NCBI GenBank assembly: GCA_003552985.1
Contig: PUPD01000265.1
Location: 541-64,540 of the forward strand
Source of the DNA: Spirochaetaceae bacterium
GTDB lineage: Bacteria > Spirochaetota > Spirochaetia > DSM-27196 > SLAA01
Direction: 5' to 3'
DNA: 64,000 nt
Shown: positions 15,286 to 25,195 of the stretch, in pieces
Numbering within the stretch: position 1 is the first letter of the stretch
Layout of the letters: each line of letters starts with the position of its first letter
Notes under the pieces: model-generated
Told to the model about the DNA's origin: nothing
The model's database searches: none
Seen by the model: the letters and a program-made list of their open reading frames with translations, nothing else
Program-made: the position numbers and the translations under genes

Positions 15286-17426
15286 TGATGCGCGCTGAGT
15301 TCGGCATCGACGGCATGGACTGCCACGACTGTGCACGCCATGTGAAGGCGGCCATCTGCAAACTGCCGGGGATACAGCGCGCCGACGTGCTCCTCGGTGC
15401 TGAGAAAGCGATCGTGGAGGCAGACGCCGAGATCGACCGCGCGGCGGTTGCTGAGGCGGTGCGTGGGGCCGGCTACCGGATCCGCGACCTCGACCTTCCC
15501 GATGCCCGGGAGAGCACGCGTACGGATCCGGCCGCGTTCACCCGGCGCGTGCTCACGGTTGTGGGCCTGGTGTTCGGCATCGTGTTGTTCGTCGTGGTAA
15601 TCGGCGAGTGGCTCGGCGTGATCGACCGTATAACCGACGAGATGCCCTGGCCGTTCGGCCTGGCGCTGGTGGTCGCCGGCGGGTTTCCGGTGTTTCGACA
15701 TGTGCTCCGCGCCGTGCTCAAGGGGAGGGTCATTTCGCACACCCTCATGACGGTCGGCGCCATCGCGGCGATTGCGGTTGGGGAGTGGGCCACCGCGTTG
15801 GTGGTGGTGTTTTTCATGCGCATGGGCGAATACGCGGAGAGCTTCACCGCCGAGAAGAGCCGGCGTGCGGTTCGCGATCTCACCGCTTTAGCGCCGGCGC
15901 GGGCGCGCGTGTTGCGCGACGGCGAGGAGCAAGACCTCCCGATTGACGAGGTCGCGTCGGGTGACACGGTCGTCGTTCGCCCGGGAGAGATGATTCCGGT
16001 GGACGGGGTCGTGAGCGCCGGCAGAGCGACCGTCAATCAGGCGGCGATCACCGGCGAGTCGATGCCTGTAGATCGGGCCGCGGGTGAGAAGGTCTATGCC
16101 GCGAGCTACGCCACGCTCGGCAGTCTGCGCATCACGGCCGAGCAGGTGGGCGAAAGCACGGTGTTCGGCCACGTGGTACGCCTGGTTGAGGAGGCTGAGG
16201 CGAACCGAGGCCGCGTGGCGCGCATCGCCGACCGGTTCTCGGCTTACTACCTTCCGGTGGTCCTTGCGATCGCTGCCGTGGTGGTGTTGGTTCGCGGCGA
16301 CGTTCTCGCCGCGGCCGCGGTGCTGGTGGTGGCGTGTTCGTGCTCGTTCGCGCTGGCCACCCCAATCGCGATTCTGGCCTCGATCGGAGCGTCGGCTAAG
16401 CAGGGCATTCTGATCAAGGGTGGAAGCTACCTCGAGCGCCTGGCTTCGGTCGATCTCGTTCTTCTGGACAAGACCGGCACCCTGACGCTCGGCGAGCCGC
16501 GCGTGGAGCAGGTGCTGAGTCTCAATGGCGCTGACCCTCATGCGGTGCTCGCGCTTGCAGTCGGGGCCGAGCGCTATTCCGAGCACCCGCTTGCCGAAGC
16601 GGTGCGCCGGCATGCCGACTCTGTGGGAGTTGCGCCCGCCGAACCCGATGAGTTCACTGCGCTACCGGGCCGGGGTGTGCGAGCGGTGCTCGACGGCGAC
16701 GAGATTCTTGTCGGTAACCGCGCGGCGGTGCTCGGAACGGAACCGCTCACCCCCGAGTCGATGCCGGGGTTCGCCGAGCTCGAGCGCGTGCGGGAGCTTG
16801 AGGACCATGGTCGGACGGTCGTCTATGTAGCGCGAAACGGGACGGCGGTCGGGGCCTTGGCGTTCTCGGACAGGGTGCGGCCCGAGGTGCCGGGTGCCCT
16901 GGACGAGCTGCGAGCACTGGGGCTGCATGAGATAGAGCTCCTGACCGGCGACAATGCCGCCGTGGCGGGGAGGCTTGCTGAGGACCTGGGGCTGCGCTAT
17001 CGTGCCGAACTGCTCCCGGAGGACAAGATTGCCGCGGTTCGCGACTACCAGGCGGCCGGCAAGCGTGTCCTGATGGTCGGTGACGGGGTCAACGACGCCC
17101 CGGCGCTGGCGCAAGCCGATGTGGGGCTGGCGATGGGTGCGGCCGGGAGTGAGATTGCGCTCCAGGCCGGACACATGGTTCTGCTGCGTGACGACTGGAC
17201 GCTGGTCCCGGAGGTGGTTAAGATCGCGCGGCGCACGATGCGCGTGATTGTCGGCAATATCGGATTTACGACGGTCTACAACATCGCCGGGCTCTCGTTG
17301 GCCGCCCTCGGCTTTCTGCCGCCGATTCTGGCCGCCGCACTGCAGTCGCTCCCCGATCTCGGGATACTCGCGAACTCATCGCGCCTGCTGCGTACGCGTA
17401 GCGCGCGGCCGGAGGCACGTGCGTAA
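15285..17426 (+). CDS. heavy-metal P1B-type ATPase with one HMA domain and an atypical CSC transmembrane motif
   Basis: N-terminal HMA (GIDGMDCHDCARHV), TGES, DKTGTLT, SEHPLA, GDGVNDAPAL. The TM metal motif reads VVACSCSFALATP instead of CPC. The GTG start (15285) overlaps the nfo stop, and an ATG follows at 15288. Confidence 0.9.
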   Translation: MMRAEFGIDGMDCHDCARHVKAAICKLPGIQRADVLLGAEKAIVEADAEIDRAAVAEAVRGAGYRIRDLDLPDARESTRTDPAAFTRRVLTVVGLVFGIVLFVVVIGEWLGVIDRITDEMPWPFGLALVVAGGFPVFRHVLRAVLKGRVISHTLMTVGAIAAIAVGEWATALVVVFFMRMGEYAESFTAEKSRRAVRDLTALAPARARVLRDGEEQDLPIDEVASGDTVVVRPGEMIPVDGVVSAGRATVNQAAITGESMPVDRAAGEKVYAASYATLGSLRITAEQVGESTVFGHVVRLVEEAEANRGRVARIADRFSAYYLPVVLAIAAVVVLVRGDVLAAAAVLVVACSCSFALATPIAILASIGASAKQGILIKGGSYLERLASVDLVLLDKTGTLTLGEPRVEQVLSLNGADPHAVLALAVGAERYSEHPLAEAVRRHADSVGVAPAEPDEFTALPGRGVRAVLDGDEILVGNRAAVLGTEPLTPESMPGFAELERVRELEDHGRTVVYVARNGTAVGALAFSDRVRPEVPGALDELRALGLHEIELLTGDNAAVAGRLAEDLGLRYRAELLPEDKIAAVRDYQAAGKRVLMVGDGVNDAPALAQADVGLAMGAAGSEIALQAGHMVLLRDDWTLVPEVVKIARRTMRVIVGNIGFTTVYNIAGLSLAALGFLPPILAAALQSLPDLGILANSSRLLRTRSARPEARA

Positions 17427-17571
17427 CCGTTCGGCACCGCGCTCCGCAGGCACGCACGGCGCGTGCAGAACCGAGAGGGGAACCGTCACGCGCCGGCCAC
17501 CGCCTGCCGGCTGCCGCTTGCCTGCTACGCGGCTACCGCCTGCCGCCGCGCTTGGGCGCGCTTGCGATTTC

Positions 17572-17599
17572 TTGACAGCGTCCGGCGACTGTATATACT
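17572..17599 (+). promoter_or_regulatory. near-consensus sigma70-type promoter upstream of the SpoIIE-family gene
   Basis: TTGACA (17572-17577), 16 nt, then TATACT (17594-17599). The ATG is at 17636. Confidence 0.5.
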
Positions 17600-17635
17600 G
17601 AACACTAGAGTGTAAAAAGTGGTACCCGCCCGTTC

Positions 17636-19570
17636 ATGAGTGCAGCATATTCGGCCGCGAAGCTCGCGATCATTCTCGTCGGCCTGATCATCTATATCAC
17701 CCTGCGGCGCACCTTCCCGGAGCGTTCTCAGCCCATTATGGCGGGGCTCCTCCTGCTGCTGCTCGGGCGTGATCTGGCCTACCTGGCGGTCGGGGCGTAC
17801 CCGCTGCTGCCGTTGGGTGATGTCGCGTTCGCGATTGTCCTGGAACGCTGGCTTACTAGGAAGGCCGGTCACGGCCGCCGCTTGATTCCATGGGTTCTCT
17901 TCTCGCTCGTGATTGCCGGGGTGGGAGCGGCCGAGCTCATACTGGATAACGGGCTGCCGCGGCCTGTGTATCTGCTGCCGCCGGCTGTTGCCTGCGCGTG
18001 GGTGATCCTGCAGTTCTATGATGTAACCGCTGATTCAGTCGATAACTCGCGGCTCATCGCCGAGGTGCGTCCTGCGGTGGGTTACGGGCTGTTCTATGCT
18101 CAGGTGGCGTTGGCGGTTTTCGGTCACGGCTCGCCACCGTCACAGCTCGTCGTGTACCCGTTGTTTTACCTCATCCCGATCCGAATCCTCCTCGGGTACT
18201 TCGAGCGGGGTAAGCAGGATTCGGTCGAGTATGTGCGCTCGATCAGGCAGGAAAGCGAGAGTCTCTTCAGCTTCATGCGCAGGGTGAGTGCGTCGATGGC
18301 CGGGCGAGCGGACCTCGAGACTACGCTGAACGTGGTGCTCAGCTCGGCAATGAACGACACCGGGGCCGATGGGGGTACGGTCTGGCTCCTCGAGGAGGAG
18401 AACAAGGAGGAACAGCCCTTGAAGCTGCGCGCGTTGCAGGGAGTGTTCCCACCGCCGCTCGCGGTGCCTGCCGCGGTGAAGCGCAGCGCGCGTAATTTCG
18501 AGCGTTATCTACGATCGCTTTCGATAGCGGTGGGTGATACGCCAATCGGACAAGCGGCGCTGCAACGGGTTGCGCTCTTCATCCCCGATACCGTTTCGGA
18601 CTCGCGGTTTGCGGCCAACACCGAGCGCGAAGACCTGAGCTACGTCAGCTCGTTCGTGGCTTTGCCGCTGGTGCACGGTCCGCGGGTGTTGGGAGTGCTT
18701 GCCCTGGTCAAACGACGGCCCGGTGTCAGGTTCAGCGAGCGCGACTTCGAACACCTGCAAACCTTTGCCGATTACGCGACGCTGGCGATTGAGACGGTTG
18801 CCACCTACCTGGAGCTGCTGGAGAAGCGGGAGGTGGAGCGAGAGCTGGCGATAGCGGCGGGTATTCAGCAGCAGATGGTGCCCGAGCATCTTCCCGAGAG
18901 CGGTGCGGCAGAGTTCGCCGCTTCGGCTTTTCCGGCCCGTGGTGTTGGGGGAGACTACTACGACGTGGTGACCCTGAATGAGTCCTTGACCGCGGCGATC
19001 ATCTGCGACGTCGCCGGCAAGGGTCTCCCGGCTGCGTTGCTGATGGTCATGGTGCGAACGATGGTGCGCTTCATCGCCTCACCGCAGCGCGATAGCGGCG
19101 AAACCTTGACATTGATGAACGCTGCGCTTGCAGGGCAGCTTGCCGACGGCCACTATGCCACAGTCGGGCTGTTCATCCATGACGCCCAGGCCGGCGTACT
19201 CTCCTACTCCAACGCAGCCCACCATCCGCTTCTGGTCTATCACCAGGCGTCCGGGAGGCTCGCGCAGTATGATACCGAGGGACTTCCCGTCGGAATCGAA
19301 GGCGAAGTACAATACACATCGCGGATCATCCCGGTTGCCTCGAACGACCTTGTGGTGATGTACACCGACGGAATCACCGAGGCGCTGAGCCCTGAAGGTG
19401 AACAGTTCGGGTCGGCGCGCCTTGAGGGGCTGGTCAGGAACGTCGCCGCCGGCGGTGCCGCCGTAACCGCCGAGGCGGTACGGTCAACGATCAGCGATGA
19501 GGTTGCGGCGTTTACCGGTGGAGCTAGGCCGCATGACGACCGAACGCTGCTGATAATGCGGGTGCGGTGA
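17636..19570 (+). CDS. membrane-bound GAF-domain PP2C/SpoIIE-family serine phosphatase (RsbU-like)
   Basis: The N-terminal ~190 aa contain multiple TM helices. A central GAF-like region follows. The C-terminal SpoIIE domain has GGDYYDV, ICDVAGKGLPAALLM, YTDGITEA and DDRTLLIMRV. Confidence 0.88.
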   Translation: MSAAYSAAKLAIILVGLIIYITLRRTFPERSQPIMAGLLLLLLGRDLAYLAVGAYPLLPLGDVAFAIVLERWLTRKAGHGRRLIPWVLFSLVIAGVGAAELILDNGLPRPVYLLPPAVACAWVILQFYDVTADSVDNSRLIAEVRPAVGYGLFYAQVALAVFGHGSPPSQLVVYPLFYLIPIRILLGYFERGKQDSVEYVRSIRQESESLFSFMRRVSASMAGRADLETTLNVVLSSAMNDTGADGGTVWLLEEENKEEQPLKLRALQGVFPPPLAVPAAVKRSARNFERYLRSLSIAVGDTPIGQAALQRVALFIPDTVSDSRFAANTEREDLSYVSSFVALPLVHGPRVLGVLALVKRRPGVRFSERDFEHLQTFADYATLAIETVATYLELLEKREVERELAIAAGIQQQMVPEHLPESGAAEFAASAFPARGVGGDYYDVVTLNESLTAAIICDVAGKGLPAALLMVMVRTMVRFIASPQRDSGETLTLMNAALAGQLADGHYATVGLFIHDAQAGVLSYSNAAHHPLLVYHQASGRLAQYDTEGLPVGIEGEVQYTSRIIPVASNDLVVMYTDGITEALSPEGEQFGSARLEGLVRNVAAGGAAVTAEAVRSTISDEVAAFTGGARPHDDRTLLIMRVR

Positions 19571-19574
19571 TGGC

Positions 19575-19940
19575 ATGGCTATAGAGCTGAGAATCGAGGA
19601 GAACCACGCCCTACGTATCGTGCGAGTGTTCGGCGAGGTGGACCTGTACCATTCGCACCGGCTGAAGGAGACGATTACCGAGCTTGCGGCGGTGAGTCGC
19701 TCGGGAATTCTGTTGGACCTCGGCGCTGTCGGCTATATAGATTCGAGCGGCGTCGGAGTTCTCATATTCGCGAAGGCGCTCTGCGGTAAGAAGGGGATTC
19801 CCCTGCGTATCATCAATGCCAAAGGTCCGGTGCTGCGAGTCCTCGAGCTGACGAAGCTCACCAGCTATCTGCCGCTGGCCGAGTCGGAGGAGGTTGCGCT
19901 CCACGAGCTGGAGCGCGGTTGGGAGACGGGTGGGGGGTGA
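19575..19940 (+). CDS. STAS-domain anti-sigma-factor antagonist
   Basis: 121 aa. The phosphorylatable-Ser context YIDSSGVGVL, followed by LRVLELTKL. Confidence 0.85.
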   Translation: MAIELRIEENHALRIVRVFGEVDLYHSHRLKETITELAAVSRSGILLDLGAVGYIDSSGVGVLIFAKALCGKKGIPLRIINAKGPVLRVLELTKLTSYLPLAESEEVALHELERGWETGGG

Positions 19941-19996
19941 GCCGCTGCCCGGTTGACGATGCCGGCGCGTGATATACATTTACTAGAACAGAAGCG

Positions 19997-20818
19997 GTGA
20001 TGCTTATGAGCGAGCGCACCTATTATGACGTACTCGGCGTGCCCCGCAACGCCGACGACAAACAGATTAAGAACGCCTACCGCGAGATTGCCAAAGAGCA
20101 CCATCCGGACTCCAGCCGTGGTGGGGACCCTGAGCGGTTTCAGGAAGCCCACCAAGCGTACGAAGTGCTGGGGGACGAGATGAACCGCCGGCAGTACGAC
20201 TCCGAGCTTGCCGGAGAGGATGCGCGCCGCAACGCCACCGAAGCGGCGCCCGACGGCACCTTTTTCACAGATTTCGGCAGTACAGGCTTTGGTCACGTTG
20301 CGCCGGGTAGCGCCTATCGGGGGGGCTTCGCCAGGTTCGATTCCCTGTTCGCTTCAATTCTCGAGGAGCTGTTCGGTTCGGGTAGTGATCCGGTCGACGC
20401 TCCGCTCAATGAGCGGTTCTTCGAAGAAGGCGACCGAAGCGAGGAGTACGGATTCGGCGACACCAGCCGTATACATTTCGGAGGCGGTCAGCACGTGAAG
20501 GGTGGCCGCGGCCGAACGGCGTCGGCGCCGCTGAGATTGCGAGTCACGCTTTCACCGCGGGAGGTTGAACGAGGCGTTGAAGCCCATGTCGACATTCCGC
20601 TGCGGAGCGGCTGTCCGCGCTGCAGCAGCCTGGGAAGCGTCTTCGGCGGGTTCTGTCCGATCTGCGGCGGTAGCGGTTTGGTGGAACGCAACCAGCCGTA
20701 TACGCTGGAAATCCCGCCGGGAACACCGCACGGGACGCAGCGGAGCTTCCAAGTAGAGGAGGGCGGCTTGCAGACCGAGGTCGTAGTAACGGTCATGCAT
20801 GAGAGCCGCGTACGATGA
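19997..20818 (+). CDS. J-domain protein (DnaJ-like, single zinc finger, no canonical G/F-CTD)
   Basis: YYDVLGVPRNADDKQIKNAYREIAKEHHPD (HPD motif). The C-terminal part has CPRC...CPICGGSG. The probable true start is ATG 20006 (MSERTYYDVLG). Confidence 0.8.
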   Translation: MMLMSERTYYDVLGVPRNADDKQIKNAYREIAKEHHPDSSRGGDPERFQEAHQAYEVLGDEMNRRQYDSELAGEDARRNATEAAPDGTFFTDFGSTGFGHVAPGSAYRGGFARFDSLFASILEELFGSGSDPVDAPLNERFFEEGDRSEEYGFGDTSRIHFGGGQHVKGGRGRTASAPLRLRVTLSPREVERGVEAHVDIPLRSGCPRCSSLGSVFGGFCPICGGSGLVERNQPYTLEIPPGTPHGTQRSFQVEEGGLQTEVVVTVMHESRVR

Positions 20819-21381
20819 AGAAACGAACAGCACTGGCCCTGTTTGCCGTCGCTGCGGTGCTCGTGATCACCGCGCTGGCGGTGATACTGGCGATCGGCCC
20901 CAGACCGGATGCCGACCGGCCGGCCGACCGGACCGTAACGGTGTACTTTTCGAACGTGGAGCGTGATCCGGATGCGGTCTGCGACCGGGTGTTCCCGGTC
21001 GAGCGCCGGGTCACGGCGGAGGTGCCGGCGGTTGAAGCCGCACTCCGTCAGTTACTCGGCGGACCGCTTCCTGATGAGCGCGCGCAGGGCTACTCCTCGT
21101 TCTTCTCCGATGCGACCCGGTCCCGGATTCGGGGGATTAGAACCGGGGACGGCACAGTCTACCTGGACCTCGCCGACAGCCGGGCAGAGCTGGTCGGGGC
21201 TAACTCTAGTTGCGGCTCGGCGAGCCTGCTCGCGCAGCTGGAGCAGACGGTTTCGGCCAACGGCGGTTACGACCGGATCATAGTCGCTTTCGACGGCGAC
21301 CCCGAGCTGTTCTACGAATGGCTGCAGATCGGGTGCGGTGAAGCGAACGACTACTGCGACCCGAGCCCCTTCCGGCGCTGA
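20815..21381 (+). CDS. GerMN-domain (sporulation/germination-like) anchored protein
   Basis: ATGA overlap with the J-domain gene. N-terminal TM anchor. VTVYFSN....C.RVFPVER.V......EAALRQLLGGPL..E...GY.S.F is the GerMN pattern. Confidence 0.7.
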   Translation: MKKRTALALFAVAAVLVITALAVILAIGPRPDADRPADRTVTVYFSNVERDPDAVCDRVFPVERRVTAEVPAVEAALRQLLGGPLPDERAQGYSSFFSDATRSRIRGIRTGDGTVYLDLADSRAELVGANSSCGSASLLAQLEQTVSANGGYDRIIVAFDGDPELFYEWLQIGCGEANDYCDPSPFRR

Positions 21382-21407
21382 GCCGTCCGCCTCCCGGCGG
21401 CAGGATC

Positions 21408-22445
21408 TCAGTGCGCCACGGTTGTACGATTTCGTCCCGCTTGTTTGGAGCGGTACAGCGCCTGGTCGGCCCGCTTGATCAAGTCCGCGGTGGCAATATC
21501 ACGCTCAGCGTCGTATACCGCGATACCGGCCGACACGGTCACTGTGATCTCCCTCCCGTCGTGGGGAGTGACCGCGGCCGCCACCGAGCTTCGAATGCGT
21601 TCGGCGACCTCCCAGGCGGCGCGCTTACCACTGTCCGGCAGCAGCGCCGCGAACTCCTCCCCACCGTAGCGGGCGGCGATGTCGTTTTGCCGTATGCTCC
21701 CGCGCAAGGCCTCGGCGACCGTTTTCAAAACCTCGTCGCCGACGTTGTGACCATGGGTATCGTTCACAGTCTTGAAGTGATCGATATCCAGAAGCACAAG
21801 CGCAAAAGGGTGCCGATGGGTCTCGGAGCGCAGCTCGGCTATACATGTCTCAAGGCTGTGGCGCATCTTGAGCTGCGTCATCATGTCGGTGCGGGAGCGC
21901 TCGAACAAGACCGAGTTGCTGATGGCGATGCCGGCGAACAGCGCGACGCTCAAGAGATAGTCCTGCTCCTTGGGCGTGAAGGCGGACCGGTCTATGCGCT
22001 CGGCCAGGACCAGCACGCCGTGCAGCTCGCCTTTCGCCTGCACCGGCACCAGCAGGTCGGGTTCCAGTCGCGCAACCGCGCCCGGCAGACCAACTTTTCG
22101 CTCGAGCTCCCGCGGTTCGTAACAGTGCCGGTTCTCTCTCAGGAAACGATACAGCGGACTCTCCGCCGCTATACGATACTCAATGTCGTGGTCAACCTCA
22201 AAGCCGATGTAGTTGCGGTGCAGCACCAGGTCATCGCTCACCGGCTCCTTACGGGTGAACATCCCTGCGCTCAGAACGCGCATCTGCCCCACGCAGATAT
22301 GCAGAATAGAGTCGATCAGCTCGTGATACTCGAGCGTTGAGCTGAGGCTCTTGCTGATCTCAAGCAGCTGCCGGAGGTCAAAGACCTCCTTCTCAAGCTC
22401 TTCTCGAGTCGGTTGTTCGTCCGGGGCCCGGTCGTTGGTCACCAT
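21408..22445 (-). CDS. GAF-GGDEF diguanylate cyclase
   Basis: C-terminal GGDEF domain (DIDHFKTVNDTHGHNVGDEVL, RYGGEEFAALLPD) preceded by a GAF-like domain. Confidence 0.9.
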   Translation of the reverse strand: MVTNDRAPDEQPTREELEKEVFDLRQLLEISKSLSSTLEYHELIDSILHICVGQMRVLSAGMFTRKEPVSDDLVLHRNYIGFEVDHDIEYRIAAESPLYRFLRENRHCYEPRELERKVGLPGAVARLEPDLLVPVQAKGELHGVLVLAERIDRSAFTPKEQDYLLSVALFAGIAISNSVLFERSRTDMMTQLKMRHSLETCIAELRSETHRHPFALVLLDIDHFKTVNDTHGHNVGDEVLKTVAEALRGSIRQNDIAARYGGEEFAALLPDSGKRAAWEVAERIRSSVAAAVTPHDGREITVTVSAGIAVYDAERDIATADLIKRADQALYRSKQAGRNRTTVAH

Positions 22446-22466
22446 CTCCGCCGCCGCTCGTGAGTA

Positions 22467-23702
22467 TCAAAACGCCCATTCGCCGCCGCGGAAGACCGCT
22501 TCGGTTGAGCCGTCGGCCATCTCGCCGTCGATGTCAAGCTCATTGGAGCCAATCATGAAATCGTAATGCACCATGCTGCTGTTACCGCCTCGTCCCGCGA
22601 ACTGGTCGCCGGAAAGCTGCTCGCCGTCGGCAAGGCAGAAGCGGTAGGCGCGCCCGAGTGCGAGATGACATGAAGCGTTCTCGTCGAACAGCGTGTTGTG
22701 AAACAGCAGACCCGATCGCGAGACCGGCGAGCTGTCCGGGACCAGTGCAACCTCGCCGAGGCGGGCGGCACCGGGGTCGGTCTCGAGTGTTTCGCGCAGA
22801 CAGTCCGCACCGACGCGTGCCGACATATCCACAACGCGCCCGCCTTCAAAGCGTAGCGTGAAGCCGTCGATCGTTCGGCCGCTGATCGCGAGCGGTCTGG
22901 TAGCGGCAACCGTGCCGTCCACGTGTCGCCTGTGCGGAAGCGTGAAGACCTCTTCGGTCGGCATATTGGGAATAAACTCGACTCCCTTCGGTGTCCGTGA
23001 ACCGACGCCGTGCCATTGGTGGCGCTCCGGCAACCCGACCACGAGATTGGTTCCCGGCCCGCGGTAGTGCAGGGCTCGATACTGCCGAGCGTTGAGATAA
23101 TCGGTGCGACCGGCGATCTCGGCGGCATGCTCCTCCCAGGCTTCGATGGGATCGTCCAGGTCGAGTCGACAGAGCCGGAAGATATGTTCCCAGAGCCGTT
23201 GCACCGCCGTATCGGGCGCGAGGCCGGGAAACACGGTGCGCGCCCACCCGGAGGTCGGGACGGCCGCGACGAGCCAGTTGACGGCGTTGCGCATGCTGTA
23301 GCTGCGGAACTCGCTCATCGCCTGATTCTCGGCACGGACCGCATCGGCGACACGCGCGGACTCTATGCCGTCGAGCAGCGACGGGTTCGCGCCGGTAATC
23401 GCCATGAACGCATCACCGCGTTTGGCGCCTTCCACCATCGCCTCGGTCTGGTGGGGCGGATACTCGGCGAACGAATCGGCCGGGGCGAGCTCGAACCGGG
23501 TCCGGGTGATCCGGTCGTCCGCCCAGAATATCTCGACATGCCGTGCTCCCATGCGGTACGCAGTCTCGGCTAGTATGCGAATGAACTCGACCTGCTCGAC
23601 CGGGGCCTTTCGAACGAACAGCCGCTGTCCTGCCTGCAGGTTGACACCCTTACGCAGGAGGAGCTCCGCGTAAGCCTGAAGTTTCTCTCCGGATGTCTTC
23701 AT
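22467..23702 (-). CDS. M29 family aminopeptidase (AmpS/PepS-like)
   Basis: Trimmed to MKTSGEKLQAYAELLLRKGVNLQAGQRLFV... (411 aa), the typical M29 opening. The end ...HYDFMIGS..LDIDG is also typical of the family. The 171-codon upstream extension overlaps the next gene. Confidence 0.85.
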   Translation of the reverse strand: MKTSGEKLQAYAELLLRKGVNLQAGQRLFVRKAPVEQVEFIRILAETAYRMGARHVEIFWADDRITRTRFELAPADSFAEYPPHQTEAMVEGAKRGDAFMAITGANPSLLDGIESARVADAVRAENQAMSEFRSYSMRNAVNWLVAAVPTSGWARTVFPGLAPDTAVQRLWEHIFRLCRLDLDDPIEAWEEHAAEIAGRTDYLNARQYRALHYRGPGTNLVVGLPERHQWHGVGSRTPKGVEFIPNMPTEEVFTLPHRRHVDGTVAATRPLAISGRTIDGFTLRFEGGRVVDMSARVGADCLRETLETDPGAARLGEVALVPDSSPVSRSGLLFHNTLFDENASCHLALGRAYRFCLADGEQLSGDQFAGRGGNSSMVHYDFMIGSNELDIDGEMADGSTEAVFRGGEWAF

Positions 23703-25030
23703 GAAACTGCTTCCTTTAACCTGAGACTGCCCCGCCGAGCATTGTACTGCAGGTACGATATCTCGGCCACCGCGGCCAGCGTCACCGCAATCGCGCCGGT
23801 CACCGCCCCGGGAACCGGTAGGAGATAGGCGCCGCCGACGACGGCCACAAACAGAATGCCGCTGTACAATACCACCGCCTTGCCGATAGCCATGGTGTCT
23901 CTGCTGTATATATGTCGCGCCCTGAACCAAGACTTCAACGTAAGCAGAAACGGAACGAGCGACAACAACAACGTCGGCCGCTGCGTAAACGGAGCAAGCC
24001 GGGGTGTAAGCCCTGCGACGGTGGTGTACCACCACTGATTCGCGGGTGTCAGCGCAAAAGCCAGAAAGAGCGCGCTCAGGCCAAGGCCGAGCTTTATCGT
24101 GAAGCGCCGGAGCTCGCGGGCGCTGTTTCGCCGCGCAAGCAGCGCCAGCGCCACCTCCTGAAGCGAAAGCGCGAGCGACGCGAACAGGAACAGGTACGCC
24201 TTGATCACCGGCCATACGGCAAGCGACTGCAGCGGATACGGGGCGCGCGCAATCCCGACGGTGACGAGCGGCTGCGCCATCAGATACACGACCGAGGTGA
24301 GGCTAAGCGGCAGATAGAACCGCAGCAGGTGTGCCCACGAGCCGGTGGCAACATGATCGCGGTGCGGAGACTGCGCCGGCATCTCATCACTGACGACGCG
24401 CCGGACGAACACCCAGCTCGCTACCGCCGCAGCGATCACCCCAACCGACAGTGCCAGTCCCGCAAGCGCGGCACCCGGCAACGCCCGGGTCCGATACCCC
24501 ACCAGCAGCACCGCTCCCATCGCTGCAAACCGCACCACCATCGTGACCGGAATGACCTTGGTGTGCCCAAAGCGAATCAGAACGCCCTGCCACAGCCGCC
24601 GATAGGCAACAGCCGCGGTAAACGGCGTTGCCAGCAAAAAAGCGGCGCGGCTTGGGCCGATCACCTCGGTCGGGGCGCGGATGACGTGCTGCAGAATGAG
24701 CGCGTACAGAGGAGTCGCCGCCAGCAACAGGTGCAGGCCGCTGAGGCTCAGGGCTAGGACATGCGTGAAACGCATCAGCCGATCGTAATGGCGCCGGTCA
24801 TAGCTGAGTGCGGTGCCTGCGGCCAGTAGCTGTAGGATCGGACTCTCGACCGCCAGAGCCACCGCGAACATGATTCCGAACGCCGCGAGCTCGATCTCAG
24901 CCTGATCGAGCCGCGCAATCACGGCGGTCATCGCCGGCTGCTCGACGGCCATCAGAAGCCACATGGCGGCCAGAGGAACCCAGAACCAGAAGATGCCGCG
25001 TTGAGTCAGGGAGTGTTCGCTGTGGTGCAT
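23699..25030 (-). CDS. polytopic membrane protein, MATE/MOP-flippase-superfamily-like
   Basis: 443 aa from MHHSEHSL..., with about 12 predicted hydrophobic helices. Its stop forms an ATGA overlap with the aminopeptidase start (23699-23702). Confidence 0.6.
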   Translation of the reverse strand: MHHSEHSLTQRGIFWFWVPLAAMWLLMAVEQPAMTAVIARLDQAEIELAAFGIMFAVALAVESPILQLLAAGTALSYDRRHYDRLMRFTHVLALSLSGLHLLLAATPLYALILQHVIRAPTEVIGPSRAAFLLATPFTAAVAYRRLWQGVLIRFGHTKVIPVTMVVRFAAMGAVLLVGYRTRALPGAALAGLALSVGVIAAAVASWVFVRRVVSDEMPAQSPHRDHVATGSWAHLLRFYLPLSLTSVVYLMAQPLVTVGIARAPYPLQSLAVWPVIKAYLFLFASLALSLQEVALALLARRNSARELRRFTIKLGLGLSALFLAFALTPANQWWYTTVAGLTPRLAPFTQRPTLLLSLVPFLLTLKSWFRARHIYSRDTMAIGKAVVLYSGILFVAVVGGAYLLPVPGAVTGAIAVTLAAVAEISYLQYNARRGSLRLKEAVS

Positions 25031-25195
25031 CGCTGTTTCGGCGCGCCGAGCACCGGCGCGTTGCCGGCGCCAGTATACGAGAAAAAAGGCGCGCCTGAAA
25101 AGGAGCGCCGCCGGCGTCCGATCCCACCGCACCCACCCTCGCCAGCGTCTGTTCCCGCTGTCGGGTGGTCGGGGCCTGTGATATGCTCACAGTTA

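Noticed and set aside
17448-17545. GCACGC-acggc-GCGTGC hairpin and an 11-nt direct repeat ACCGCCTGCCG (x2) downstream of the P-type ATPase gene
   Set aside because: The stem is short, there is no U-tract, and repeats of this size are expected by chance in GC-rich low-complexity spacers. It is not convincing as a terminator or as a mobile-element end.
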